Shown: positions 39,514 to 53,625 of the stretch, piece after piece | Numbering within the stretch: position 1 is the first letter of the stretch | Layout of the letters: each line of letters starts with the position of its first letter | NCBI GenBank assembly: GCA_002189035.1 | Contig: NEEC01000002.1 | Span: 4,898,001 to 4,962,000, forward strand | Source of the DNA: Utricularia gibba | Taxonomy: Eukaryota; Plantae; Magnoliophyta | Direction: 5' to 3' | DNA: 64,000 nt | Made by a program: the position numbers and the translations under genes | Notes under the pieces: model-generated | The model's input: only the letters and a program-made list of their open reading frames with translations | Database searches by the model: none | Told to the model about the DNA's origin: nothing

Positions 39514-40046
39514 TCAGGAAGGAGCAACTACAACGGTCCGCATCATGTCCTTGAACTCAATGAAATCCACCCGTCCATCGCGATTCCGATCAACGGACGA
39601 GATCATCATCTCCACTCTCCCCATCTCCCCCTGTCGCTTAACCCCAGCTTCTCCAGCACCGTCTGCAGCTCCCTCGCCGATATGAACCCGTCTCCATCCT
39701 CATCGAACACCTTGAACGCCTCGCACAGATCCGATTCCTCCGGATAGGGATCCCCCGCCGCCGTCCCGAAGAACACCTCGCCCAACGACCGGTGCAAAGC
39801 CTCGAAATCCTCGTACGTCAGGCCGTTGTTCCCCGGCCTGATGTACTCAGCCACCATGGATTGGATCTCCGACGGGTTTGCGTCAAGGCCCAGGAGGCCA
39901 AGGGCTTGGTGCAGCTCGTCGATGCTGATCACGTTGTCGTGGTTCTTATCGAATACGTCGAAGATGCGACGGAGGCGGACGGAGTTGAGGCTGGGGCTCC
40001 GAAGGCGGAAGGAGGTGCCGCTTGACATTTTGAATTCTTGTGCCAT
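39514..40046 (-). CDS. CML: Calmodulin-like EF-hand protein (CML42/CML43-like), frameshifted before EF-hand 4 as sequenced
   Basis: LRSPSLNSVRLRRIFDVFDKNHD (EF1) and EAFKVFDEDGDGFISARELQ (EF3). EF4 RVEMMISSVDRNRDGRVDFIEFKDMM continues in another frame after a G5 run (C run at 39627-39631) and ends at TGA 39514-39516. Confidence 0.9.
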
Positions 40047-40108
40047 CGACGTCGATCGGAATGGATGACGGCGTCAATTGGTTCCGGTGATTGTAGGGCG
40101 TGAGCCGC

Positions 40109-40144
40109 TATATATTAACAGCGGGTAACGCGCATTTGACGCGG
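40109..40144 (-). promoter_or_regulatory. CML core promoter: TATA box plus CGCG (CAMTA-type) boxes
   Basis: TATATA at about 40109-40114; ACGCGC at 40128-40133; ACGCGG (reverse CCGCGT) at 40139-40144. Confidence 0.5.
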
Positions 40145-40539
40145 CGTGCCAGTTTGACATTTAATATAGATGGGTCCCGCAGTGATAAGTAATCATTAAA
40201 ATAATTATAAATAGCAATCAATTAATCACCAATTATTTTACCATTTTATAATATTATTGTTGTTACAAAATTATATTTTTTTTTATTCAAATTGTGTTTG
40301 ATGCTATATTTTAATTAATAATATATTTGAATAATTTCTATTTTAAGACACACTTTATATGATTAACATTGAAACAACTCAAAAAGTGGGAAAAAACCAT
40401 ATTACAAGACCATCCTCACCATACAATACATACACCACGGGAAGCACATGGTCTACATGGATGCCTCGAATGCATGAACAAGAGGCATTATGAGGGATGG
40501 ATCTAAAATCAATAATCAATACTACATGCATGATTTTAA

Positions 40540-42130
40540 ACTAAAGTCAATGGAAATCAATCTAAGGCTGCTCTAAAAACCATTGTAGCTAAGAATGTTT
40601 TTGATCTTTTGGTTTCCAAGTCTCCATCTAGATCTGCATCAACATAGATTCTTGGTGTTGTGCAATCTGATTTGTAGGGGAACCTATAATCCTTAGTTCC
40701 TTTTGGGTATTGTAGCAACCAATTTATCCCTTCATATTGCTTCCTTGGATCTGAAATGTATGTGCTAATAATATTGGATACAAATCCTATGTCTGGTATC
40801 GTAAATAACATCAGGTACATGATCAATCCTATCATAGATGCATGGAGTAGATTCTTCATATGAATTTTTCCTAATTCTATTTTGGGAGACATTTTCATTT
40901 ATAGTTTAAGGTGCCCTATCATTGGTTTTGCATCACTTAATCCAAACTTCTTTAACAATCATGCAAAATACTTTTTTTGTGATAGAGTCAATATTTTCTT
41001 CACTATGTCTCAGGTGATGGTATTGACATCACGTGAACCAAGATCTTTCATATTGAACTCAAAAGCCATTTGATTCTTTAGTTGGATGACCCTATGCTTG
41101 GTTGGAGATGTCACAAACATGTTATCTATATACAAGAGAAGCCATTAAGGCCATACTTTTTCAAGTAGGTGCATTGGTCTCCATTGGTTTTCTAAAACTG
41201 TTTGGAGATCATAAAACTATTGAACACCAAATACCATTGTTGAGGTGCCAACTTAAGGCCATAGAAGCTACTCTTTAGTTTACATACAAAGTGTTTTAAT
41301 CCCTTTTGAATGAAGCCTTCAATTTGCTTCATATAAATTTATTCACTTAGGTCTCCATGCAAGAAAGTAATTTTAATATCCAACTACTCAAGTTCTCAAT
41401 CAAAATATGTAGTTAGAACAAAAATTAACCTTATGGTGGCTAGCTTGGCCACTGGTGAGAAGACTTCCTCAAAATCCACTCCTTCTTAATGTCTAAAACA
41501 TTTAACTACCATAGTTTGTATTAAGTAGATCCATCAGGGTTCTTTTTTAGAGTAAAAATCCATATACTTTCTAGTGTCTTTCTTTCAACGAGTAGTATAA
41601 CCAGGTCATAGGTATCGTTAATCAGAAGAGAATCCATTTCATCCATTATAGCATCCAACCATTTTCTTTTATCTACCATATTCAAAACTTCTTTCAATGG
41701 TATTAGTACTCCTTCATCTAAAATCAGAATGTACTCATTTTTCAGGTAACTGTTGGATGGAAACTGAGTTCTAGATGACCTCCTTAGCTCCTCATTATCA
41801 ACATCAATAACTCCCTTCACCTGGTCCTCATTACTTTCTATTGGTTAATCCTATTCCAGCATAAAATTAGAGTTAGAAAGTATAGATTTAAGATATACGT
41901 GAACCTCCCTTGTTGGTTGTATGTTGATGTCTTGAACAATTTGATCTTCAAAAAACTTTAGATCTCTAGATCTTTGAGTCTTGTTAGTAATAGGATCACA
42001 TATCTAATGGCCATTTCATCTTCTCCATATCCCAAAAATACACATGGTATGAACTTGTTATCAAGTTGGTATCTTTATTCTTTCAAAACATTAACATCAA
42101 CTTTTCAATAAAAAAATCCTTAGAAATCTA
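40540..42130 (-). mobile_element. Degenerate Tnt1/Tork-like copia pol (integrase end, RT, RNaseH)
   Basis: LRRSSR...W..A..DEMDSL..NDTYDLV (41521-41820) and ASMIGLIMYLM...PDI...V..IS (40557-40898). Confidence 0.8.
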
Positions 42131-42149
42131 AGCAATCAAAATTTTTCAA

Positions 42150-44378
42150 AATGTTGTCAGTATGCAAATTCACGTATCATATAAATTTATAAACCTAATT
42201 CACATCAAATCATACAACAAATACAAGTATAGTGGACTAAGTTATAAGTGATTTTGTGTCATTTATATTTGTGCTTTTCAAGATTCGCTTAGATGGGTTT
42301 TACATTCTTTTTATCACACTTTCTTTATACTTTTAGAAGAATTTTATATCTTTCATACCACTTTGATCTTTTTGGAAGAAAAAGTGTGTTTTGTGATTTT
42401 TTAGGACAAATTTGGAATAATTTGGAGGATTTTCGAGTTGACCTTGATGGAATCAAAGATTCAGTCTATCCAGACGAAGACTCGATCAAAGATTCTCGGA
42501 TAAGATAAGATTCACATCTTATCTTAGAAAATTTGGATCTTATCTTAGAAGATTTGTAGTAAATCTTCGAAGATCTGGATAGAAGATTTGATGTGAGCCC
42601 ATCAAGAAAGCTCGACAAGTCATTACCATTATATAAAGATCCAAAGGGAATGTGGGAGGACCAGTCAAGGGTGGATGACCAGAGAGTCAATTTTAGGGTT
42701 TAGAGTCGAATCTAGCATGTTTTGGATTCCTTTCCTTTCGTTTTTCATCAACTTTTGTTGTTTAGAGTCAAACATATGCGTGTGAGCCCTTGCGGCTGAA
42801 GATCTACTATGAAGCCTTGCTTGCGCAATTCCTACACGTGTGATTGTCTTTCATTATTTAATTTGAGGATTGATTCTGTTATTCGCAATGATTTCTTTAC
42901 CAACGTGATCTTTAGTACCATATAATCCTAAGGGAATGTGAGAGGATCAAAGTTTGGCCTCAAGCACCTAAGGAGAAGGGTTCAATCGAACATCGTTGGT
43001 AAGGCACACTCTGTCTAATCCGTCTGCGAGGTGAGAGGTGTAGGGGTTAGATTTGGGTGTGGTGAAAACATGGGTTATCACAAGAGGTGAAATGGCTCTG
43101 GTAGCGTGATTGATTTCATAATCTCACAAAACAAAAGACGGTTATATAACGGTCACCGAGTAGCACTATTTTAGCATAACACCCCCAAAAGTTGCGTAAG
43201 CAGGTCAGCTCTCAAGGTTTGCACACACGCAAGGACGAGTTCCAAGTAAGGTGGATCTTAAATCTAAGGCCATTTTTCTTATTGTCTTCGAAACCAAATC
43301 TTTCTTTTGTTTTAAGTCTTTTTAATTCTTTGTTTTGAAAAGAAAATTCCAATAACAATTCCTTGTGGATACGATCTTATTTTTTTACTTCGACGGTTTC
43401 TGTTTACTTGCAGAATCACCATCACTAAGATCGAACATAAAGAATTTGGTGCTTGCTATGTGAGAGTCAATAAATTTAATTTGTGTCATAGTTAAGAGAA
43501 TAAGTCTAAGTTAAGACTAAATAGTTCATTAATAAGAAATAGTAAAGCAATAAACGAGTCAAATTAGATCTTTGTCTAAAATAAAATAAGTTGATGCCTT
43601 AGGACTTCTAGGGACAATATGCTTATTAATAAAATAATCTCACCCGGACCACAAATCATTCAACTAATAAAAAAAAGTTCAAGTCTACCCAAATTCTTAT
43701 TTTTTCCTAATCTTTAGTCTACCTCTAATTAGGTTTCTTTTATTATGAACATCAATTCCTCCCCCTCCTGTATCTATCCTGATTTGTTAAGGAAATAGTG
43801 TGATTACATGGTTAAAATTGTTTAAAGCACAACAAACAAGTTTATTCTCTTTTGGTCCCAAAGCGTCACTTGTTGCTTAGCTACTTATGTAGAGAGAAAA
43901 TAAAATACATGCAACACATAGCATAAACATCATCCATGTTTAAGAGTTCAACAACAAGAAAAGAAAAATAAACAGAAATAGGAATCGTAAATAGTTCATA
44001 AAGAATACTAAAACTACTCTTTGCTAGGAGTAGTGTCCTTGTAAACAATGAAGAGTTTCAAAGGTAAGATTTCTTCTTCACTTCGTATCCTTCCCTTCTT
44101 CATGGTTCTCTGCTATTTTCTTTTTTAGATCCTCCTCTCTAGAAAGTGTTGCATGTGGGTCAAAGTGGTGAATATATTTTCTCACTCTTCATCATGTTTC
44201 AAAATCTTCTATTTTGTAGCATTGAGATTTCGTGTGTTCTATTCCCAGCTTTTGTCACCAAAAACCTAAACAAGATTCTTAATCATGAAAATAGAGAAAT
44301 ACCTAATACAACACCAGTTTAATAACTTAATATTACTCACTTTTGTAGTTCTAAGATATTGAAAAACATTTATTATCA
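42150..44378 (-). mobile_element. Family A LTR interrupted by a family B solo LTR
   Basis: AGTGGACTAAG|ATCGAAC rejoins the family A consensus across the insert; ends GAAAAACATTTATTATCA like 5419. Confidence 0.75.
42242..43424 (+). mobile_element. Solo LTR family B with TSD CTAAG
   Basis: Reverse copy of 17061-18249; CTAAG at 42237-42241 and 43425-43429. Confidence 0.9.
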
Positions 44379-44688
44379 AAATCTCAAGTTTGGTTTCTGC
44401 TGGTTCAGACTTCCTGGATGTTAGATAATCTAGAGTTATTTTAGATGAGCAATTTGACAGATAGCTAGCTGTAATGATTCTCACCACGAAATTTTTGTTG
44501 CAGCTTTACTATATTCAACATATTTTTACTTTATCTAGAAAAGTTTAATTAAACCTCTCTATGATGATGTTATGTTTAGGAGTTCCTGGAGCAACAACTA
44601 TTTTCATGATACCTCAACACTTGTAGTATACTCCCTACTGTTTAGAAGAATATTTACTTTCATTGTCAGTCTTGAACATTTTAATTTT

Positions 44689-45826
44689 TGATAAGTGATT
44701 TTGTGTTGTTCCAAAACATGTTCTTCCACTACTCTTGAGTGTTGTTTTTACTTATCTTAGACCCCACTTTTCATTATTCTCAATTGATTTTGTATCTTTT
44801 ACACTACTTTGATCTTTTTGGAGAGAAAGTCTATTTTGTGGATTTTTAGTATACTTTTGGATCAATTTGAGGAGAAATCAAGACCCACCAAATTATGGAT
44901 TTGATGAGCCATGAATCTCAACCCAAGATTCGGTCAAACGATGAAGATTCGGTCCAAGATTCGTGGATTAGATAGAGATATGAAGAAGATTTGAATAAAA
45001 GATTTGGATAGAAGATCTTATCCAAGCTCATCGAATAAGCTCAATACGAAGACTTGAATCTACTCTCTTATAAATATCCCACCCTCTCAATCATTAGAAA
45101 CGTCTTTGACCACTTTTACTTTGAATCTTTCCTATTTTCGTGTCTATTTTAATGTTTGAGTCGAGTCTACACGTGTAGGTGCTTGCAGCTGAGGATCTGT
45201 GGTGAAGCCGTGCTTGCGCAAGTCCTGCGCATGTGACTGTTTTACTATGTTTTTCGACATTTAAATTGAGATTTGATTCTGTTTTTCACAGCGTTTTCTT
45301 TACCAACGTGCTCTTTAGTACCATATAACCTTAAGGGAGTGTGGGAGAATCAAATGTTGGCCTCAAGCACCTAAGGAGAAGGGCTCAATCGGACATCGTT
45401 GGTAAGGCACATTCTATCTAATCTGTCTGCGAGGTGTGAGGTGTAGGGGTTAGATTTGGGTGTGGGGAAAACATGAGTTATCACAAGAGGTGAAATGGCT
45501 CTGGTGGCGTGGTTGATTTCATAATCCCATAAAACAAGGGACGGTACTATAATGGTCACCGAGTAGCACAACTTTAGAATAACACCCCCAAGCTTGCTCA
45601 AGCAGGTCAGTTTTCAAAGTTTACACACACAAGTTTGGGCAAGTTTCAAGTAAGATGGATCCTGGATCTAATGCCACTTTTTTTCTTGTTTTTAAAACAA
45701 AATCTTTCTTTTGTTTTCAGTCTTTTTGAGTCTTTGTTTGAAAAGAAATTTCAATAACAATTCCCTGTGGATATGATCTTATTTTATTACTTCGACGGTT
45801 TCTGTGCACTTGCAGAATCACCATCA
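44689..45826 (+). mobile_element. Solo LTR family B with TSD ATTTT
   Basis: TGATAAGTG...CACCATCA termini; ATTTT at 44684-44688 and 45827-45831. Confidence 0.88.
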
Positions 45827-45999
45827 ATTTTCTTACTAGTCTATCTTTCTAACAAAGGATGTAGTGCTTTAAAGCAGGACATAATTTTACCCTTCCTTTC
45901 CATTAGGTAAATCCAAGCCATTCTAGATGCATCATCTATGAACATAACATAAAATCTCTTTTCTGCCATTGTAGGTGGTTCAATATATTCTCCGATATT

Positions 46000-48900
46000 T
46001 GAATAGAGAGTATCTAACAATTTTGAGCTCTTTGTTAAAACCTATTTGAAGTTAACTTTGTGATCTTTTCCAATAATGCAATCTTCAAAATATTTTGGAG
46101 AATTTCGATTTTGTCAATAATCTCATATTTCTTAAGATACTCCAGTCCTTTATTTGAGAGGTGGTACATTCTTTTGTGTCATGAATGGTGTTTAGTTTCT
46201 AAACTAGCTGCTACGTTATTTTTACTCATTTATGGTTCTAAGGTAATGTAATACAAAGAATATTCCTAAATTATATTGAACTCTATCATCTGACCTCACA
46301 TACATTTACCTCTAACTGTATTCTATAACTTGTATCTCTCTCTTCTATGACTTCTCAACCTTCCACTATGTGGGATCTAATCCACATCACCTAGTGTAGC
46401 TCGTCTCGTACACTCCCTATCTTGGCATGGTGGTTGTAGTGTCATCATACATGTCCATATTGGCAAGGTTGAACATTCTTACTCCCATACGTACTAGATG
46501 TTACAAAGTTGCATTTTCATTACTTTCTATAGCCACATTCAATATTCATAATTTTTGGGTACTCACATGTAATATGTATCATTACCCACATCTAAAGAAA
46601 ACTCTTGGCACAAAACAACACTCGCTCCCATGACTCTTACCCAAGGTTATCAAGGGGACATATCCTCAGAATTGACCCCTTTGAGGTCTCACTTTTCCCT
46701 CAAGTTTGACTTCCCATCATTGTGTTACATCTTATGCCATAATTTGTTCCACAACTCTCCTTTTATGCTCACTAATAGTCATATCTAATATACTAGTTTG
46801 CTACATCAGTCACTTCTCCACTTCCTCACATGTCTCGCTATCATAGGTGTACACTCAATCCTTCTTTAATCACAAGTAGTGTTTCCACCATCGCTCACCA
46901 ATGAAGGAAAATTAGGACTTCTTATGCATTCTACTCTCGCTCTTTACCCTTTAGTAGTAGCCACAAAAATCACAACTTCCTTTACTATAAATCTTCTAAT
47001 CCTAGATCCTAGATGCTAGACCATTACTTACACTCTCCCATACCCTTAGATGTCTTGCTCTTTGTAAGAGATGGACTAGGAGAACATGTTGTGCATGGTC
47101 ACATGATCTTTTCCATACCATCTCTCCTAGACACTTAGCAATCCTTGATGACCCCTTCATACCATGGGCATGTGGTGCTTGACAAGGCCCCTCAGTAGAT
47201 TCTCTCATCACAACTCATCCATATGTATCAAACATCAATAGCTTGTTTTATTATAACAATATATTCAAGGTTCAAGATATCATTTGAGCAAACTCAATTC
47301 ACAAAAACTATTAAAATTGCACTAAAAGATGAACAAATAATATCCTATCTAGTTACCCTACACCCTATCCTTCATTCTAGACCCTATCATCACTTGTCAC
47401 CCAAATAGGAAAGAGTAAGAAGTAACTCATGATGTATGAGGTTTCCTTCCCATCTATCATAATAAGACAAAACCTTGTAAAGCTCCCATTGTATGAACTT
47501 CTTTCTGACCCTTATATCATCCGTTCCAGTTTCATAATTCTCAACATCATCTCATATCATATTAGATTGCATCCTCTCCACCATATGTCTATGTCCTTTC
47601 AAACAGTACCCATGGTTGTTGCTACAATTGTTGTAGTAAACCTGGTTGCACATATGTGATTTTCATTCCCTTGTGTACTTACATGTTATACGAATTACCT
47701 TGTGTATTCATATACTTTCACATGGTACATAGTTAGCTCCTTTCCTATCAAGTGCTCATGCCCACCATTGCTGTCAAAGACATTACTATGGCCCCACACA
47801 TTTTGTCACGAGCTCGCATAGCTTCAAATGTGGCCCGACAATGACTTGGAGAAATGCTCCAAGAAAAGTCTTAAAGGTCTTACTTTCCATTATCCTCTCC
47901 TTTTGAAGGTTACATTTTTTCAATAAAATATATAATATTACCCTTCCCTTTTGAAAGGGTTTGATCTCGCCATCAATATCCCCATCAACATTCCCTTTAT
48001 GAAGATTTACATCTCACACTCTTTGTTGACATTAGCCTATTCCTTGGCTTTCTGGATCATCATTTGCATCTCCCATCACTTTTGAAGACTTAAATCTTGC
48101 TGTTCTCCTACATCTCATCAACATTAACAGTAAATTTCTTATTTTGCATGGGTTCCCTCTTCTCCTCTTGAGTGGCTACCTCTCCTTTCATCAACATTAA
48201 TTGAATGAATCCTAAACAATGGTCTAATCCTCTTGATACCCCTAATTAGATCAAAGGGGGCCTTTATAAGCTTATGGGACTTAATCCAATTACCTTACAT
48301 CCCACACTCTTAACTCGAAGCTAGCTATCATACTTTTTAGATCAAATCTCTCGTCAACTCATGGATCCTCATCCTAGTCACCTAATCCCAAGTCTCATTC
48401 AGGGGTATGACATTCCCTCCCACCTTATGCTGCTTCATCTCAAAGTGTTGATATGGAACAACTCTTGAAAACTTCTTAAAAATCATGACTCTTTCCTCCC
48501 AATTACATTCATCACTGCTTGCCAGTTTTTCATTACCCAGAGTGTCACTCACTAATTATCTTTGCTCACCCTATATATCTATATCAAGTGTGTTACTTCC
48601 TTCCTTGAAGTTGTTACTCCATAGTCTACAATAACTATCGGTCATGCTTATCATATCGGATTGTCCTCTAAAGTGAATACATCTTACCTTATCCAAAGTA
48701 GTCTAAGTCGTTATGCCACCTCACCAATTCCTTCTTGTGCCTCACAAGATTTGATGTGCCTTGTTCCAAATTGTCAAAACTTCTTCCCCCTAAGTGCTTC
48801 ATTTCCTAGAAGACTATTCCAAGTTGATATATCAACCCAATATCAATTCTTGTGCTTTCCATCAATCTGACCCCAGTTCTTTTTTCCATCTTGTGCCAAC
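46000..48900 (-). mobile_element. Heavily decayed chromoviral gypsy remnants
   Basis: GPY/F-like GIGEVA.RL near 48700, a purine tract followed by TGTCATACCCC near 48410, and RNaseH- and integrase-zinc-finger-like remnants at 46400-47800. Confidence 0.55.
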
Positions 48901-51804
48901 TTTCTTACTTAGCCTAATATCTTATATCAGCATTGATTCTCAATTCAAATCTTGAATTGACTTATCAGGAAAATGCAATAAAGCCAATGCTAATACCAAC
49001 ATTGAAGAAATACAGAGGATAAATGAAGAATCCCCAAACTCGAAACTAGAATCGAGTTGTCTTCTTTGTATAGCTATTCACTAGTCTTGTTTTTTTTCCT
49101 AAATGGAGTACCTCTACCAAGAAGAAGAACTCTTGGAGGAAAAATCTCACGAAAGTTATCAAACTACCACATATTTATAACCAAGCATTGGCATGCATTT
49201 TAATGCAGCACGGTTTTCAACGTAGACTTACAAATATAGGCCTAGGCTTTAGGAATATGGGCTTGGACCTTAGGCCAAAATCATCAGCCCATATTATATT
49301 GCGCTTTGGTGATCAACATGGGCTTGAGCCCATATCACAAATTCTTTAACTAATTTATGATTCAAATTTAAAGACATGCTAGAGTCTTCCAAGATTTGAA
49401 TCACAAGCATCTCGGAAAATTTCCAATTCTTGTGTGTGTGACTTACTAGGTTCATTTTTAATCGATGATAAGAAGTGAGAAGTCTCATTTTTCTAATAAT
49501 GATATTGTCCAAATATATAGTGTCTCTCATAAAATATAAGAGATGCCTAGCATAACATATTGTATTTACCTGCTTAAAATTGAATACAATATTCAACGAT
49601 GAACCTTGATTGCTATCCTTATGAATATCCTTTCATTAGAGACTTCGATCTAGAATGGAATCATGGATACTCAAATTCTATTTTATCTAAATCATCAACA
49701 TTATCCTATATGCCTGTTTCAATGGTAGAACGAGAACCTAGAATCTTATTCCAATATCTCGTTACCCTAGCCAAAATTTACCCGACAAAACAATCAAGAA
49801 ACCTGAAGTCTCATCTCCGTTTACCTGGAGTAATGAATCCTATCTTGGTTATTCAAAGATCTTCATGCACTATAGACTTAGGTCATCACTATTGTCAATT
49901 AGTATATTTCAACAAGTTTAAATAGCAAGAAATCTAAGACAATAATATATAAGACACCATGGAACCTCAAGTTGAAGATTTTGACATCTCATGACAAGCA
50001 ACATTCAACTTACTGCCTACTGTATCTTGATAAACACTTTATCAAAGCAATAAAAAAATAGAGGTGGCAACTACACCAACGATGATGCCCAATCAAAGTA
50101 TTCAAATTGTAAACCATTCGAAAATACATGTTACAGGAGAATCTATCGAATATTTTTATCAACTGAAAAATATATTCTCCAAACATGTAATTCTGGACAT
50201 TGTCGTAAAAGAAAGAACAACAATTATGGGATGCTAAATTACATGTCTTTTGAGCATACTTCTAACAATCTTCCACTTGCGCTAAAGCCATTCACTATAG
50301 TATCTCAATCCCATCTTCTTAAGATGGCAATCCAAATATTGTTGATTCATAGGCTTACTAAGTAGATTGGCCACATTTTCCTTCAATGCTACTTTCTCGA
50401 TTATCACATTTCCCCTTGCTACGATTTCTCGTACGATGTGATATCGCCTTTCTATATGTTTGGAGTTCTTATGGGATCTTGGTTCCTTTGCTTGGACAAT
50501 GGTGCCATTTTTGTCAAAATTAAGGGGGTTTTGTGACTCAATGATAGGAACTACTCCCAACTCAAGAATAAACTTCTTGATCTGAACAGCCTCTTTGCAG
50601 CTTATGAAGCTACTATATACTCAACTTATGTGGTGGAATCTGTAGTTGTTTCCTTTTTGGAACTCTTCCAATCGATTGCTCCACCATTACAAGTAAAAAT
50701 ATATCTAGAAGTCGATTTTCTGTCAACCACATCTGACTGAAAATCGGAATTTGTATATCCAATGATTTTCAAGTCATCTGTTCCATATGTCAAGAACATG
50801 TCCATAGTCCTTCTCAAGTACTACATGACATTCTCGAGTGTAGTCTAATGCTCAAGACCTAGATTAGGCTGATATCTACTGATCAAACTGATAGCAAAAG
50901 CTATATCCAACCTTGTATAGAGCAATGCATACATAAGACTGACTATTGCCAAGAGTATGGAACTCTAGCAATGGATTCTCTCTCCTCCGGAGTTTTGGGA
51001 TTCATTTGATTGGAGAGATGAAGGCCATGTCTAACTGGAAAAAGTCCTCTCTTGGAATCAAGCATGTTGAACTTCTTCAACATATTTCCCAAGTTCCATT
51101 GAGATAAGCCCAATATTCTTTTCACTCTATCTCTATAGAGTGGAATACCAAGAATATAGATACCTTCTCTCAAATATTTCATACAGAAAGTATTGGACAG
51201 CTAGACTTTGACAGATATCAACAATCCTATATCATTTCCCAGCAGTAGAATGTCATCGACATAAAGGATAAGAAATACCACAAAGCTACTATTAATTAAC
51301 TTATACACACACGATTCATTAAGATTTTTAATGAAAAAAAGCCTGTTATAGCTTTATCAAATTACTGATTCCAACTCCTTGACGCTTGTTTCAATCCATA
51401 AATAGATCTTTGCAGCTTGTACACTTTGGCACTATCCGTGGACTTAGGCAATTCCATTAAGATTTCCTCTTTCAGGAACCCGTTTAGAAAAGCAGTTATG
51501 ACATCCATCTACGAAATCTCATAATCAAGATGTGCAGCAATAAACAAGAGATATGTGATGAGCATAAGCATGGCTACAAGAAAGAAGGTTTCCTCATAAT
51601 CAATTCTCTTTTTCTTGCTATACCCCTTAGTTACAAGCCTAGCTTTATAGATTTGCACCTTTCCATTAGGCACTCTCTTTCTCTTAAGGATCCATTTGCA
51701 CCCAATAATTACGATACCCTCAAGCGGATCAACAAGCACCCATACTTGATTGCTATATATAGAATTCATTTCAGAGCACATATCATCCTTCCACTTAGAA
51801 AGAT

Positions 51805-52983
51805 TGATAACACATATTTTCGAGTGATTCAGTATAGGAAATAACTTATATTGTGCTACAAAAATTAAGTTTTACTGCCTAGTTCTATATTTTTGCGCAT
51901 AGTACCGTAGTTATGTTATTTTAATCTTAGTTGGGACTAAATCTACGATTTGGTCCCAACTTTACCTCTAATAGTTTTATTTGAGGAATGTAGCACATGT
52001 CACAACACAAATCCCAAGGAGTCGGATATGAACAGTGTAATGGAAGAGGATGAGGTAGAAGTCTGAAAAGGAGTACACACAAAATCCAAAAAAGAGCAAA
52101 AGTAGGATTTTGAACAAAAAGGGGGATAAGATGGAGAGAGAAAAAAGATCTCTCCCATTGGGACACACGACACATTCTTCCTGAAGAAGATTTTTGGGGG
52201 GGAAGACAAAGGAAGATGAACCAGGAATGAAGTTAATGTTTGAAGACTATTTTCTATTTCCAAAGAATATTACTCTTAGCTAAGAGTAGCTAGCAACATT
52301 TCTAATTTTCTATTGACATTTTAAATTCCTTGCTTGTTTACTTTCTGGTATTCGACTATGAGATGAGTACAATGTGGATGATGTTTTCTTTTCTATTTTC
52401 ATTTACCTTAAACATGAGTGGCTAAGCATTTAGGGATTCCTTGGGGTGAAAAGGGGAGAATTGTGCTAATCAATCTTTAGACCTAATCAACGATAAGTCA
52501 TGCCACTTCCTTAACAAACCAGGATAGATACAGAAGGGGGAAGTAGTGAAACCCAGCTTAACAACCCTAATTAGAGATAGACCAAAGATTAGGGGGAAAA
52601 CGAAAGTTTGGGTAGACCTAGACTTTGTTTGTTAGTTTTTTGATTTATGGTTTGTGTGAGCTTGTTTAGTGGTAAGCATACATCCCCTAGGAGTCCCAAT
52701 GCATTACCCATTTCATCTTAGAAACAACCGAGTTCAGAAGTTTGTTACTTTTCTTTACTGTATTTCAGTGCAACTCTGTTTTAGTCCTAGTTAAGATCAA
52801 ATCTATCAACATGATACTGATTGCATGCATTGACTTTCACATAGCAAGCACCTAGCTCCTGGTGTTTGACCCTAGTCCGTTATGCTCATATTTTTCATAT
52901 GATTTTATGTGAATTAGGTTTATAAATTTTATTTGATAGGAGAAATTTGCATTTTAACGACATGCAATATTTTTCGTTTATCA
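51805..52983 (+). mobile_element. Solo LTR family A inserted in the copia integrase-RT linker
   Basis: Reverse copy of 20909-22074. Flanks AAGAT and AGCAT form a degenerate TSD; removing the insert and one flank restores in-frame D-V-D-A-S-K-W-K-D-D-M-C-S-E-M. Confidence 0.85.
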
Positions 52984-53625
52984 AGCATCAACATCTTGAA
53001 TTGCTTCCTCATGTGTAGAAGGATCATCAAATTGAAGTTTTTCTTTAAAAAGGAACAAATCTTGCTCTTTCTCAAGAAGAAGATCAAGCCTAGTAACCGG
53101 GAAAGGCACCCTACTAGACCTTTTCAATGTGCCTTGGTTACAAGTCTCAGCTCTGCCAACTTCATTTATCGATGTGTCTACATCCATATCGGCAACTTGT
53201 TGGTCCTTAGAAGTCACCACATCTAATTCTATCTTCCTTCCTTTTTCATCTTCTTGAACAAACTCTTTTTCAAGAAATATGGAATGCCTCTCAAGAACAA
53301 CTCTTTGTTCACCAGGAAGATAGAAATAATAACCCAACTCTGATAATGGATAACCAAGAAATATGAGATGTGGTTTCCCATTCCACATCTTATATGGAAC
53401 TTTAGAAACCGATTTAGAAGGTACTCTTTTAAGAATATAACATGCTATATTCAAAGCATATCGTCATAAGGAAGTAGGCAAGTCGATGTAACACATCATT
53501 GAACGGACCATATCCAATTCAAAGTGACGAAGTAGTTGTAACCATCTTTGGCCTGAACATTGAGCTCACATACATCACTATATATCAATTCAAGAATATC
53601 TATGGCTCTTTCGAAGTGCCCTGTA

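Noticed and set aside
12257-52983. Multi-copy ~1.2-kb repeats as possible segmental duplications or CRISPR-like arrays
   Set aside because: TG...CA termini, TSDs and an adjacent PBS at 4295 identify them as LTRs. This is eukaryotic DNA with no repeat-spacer structure.
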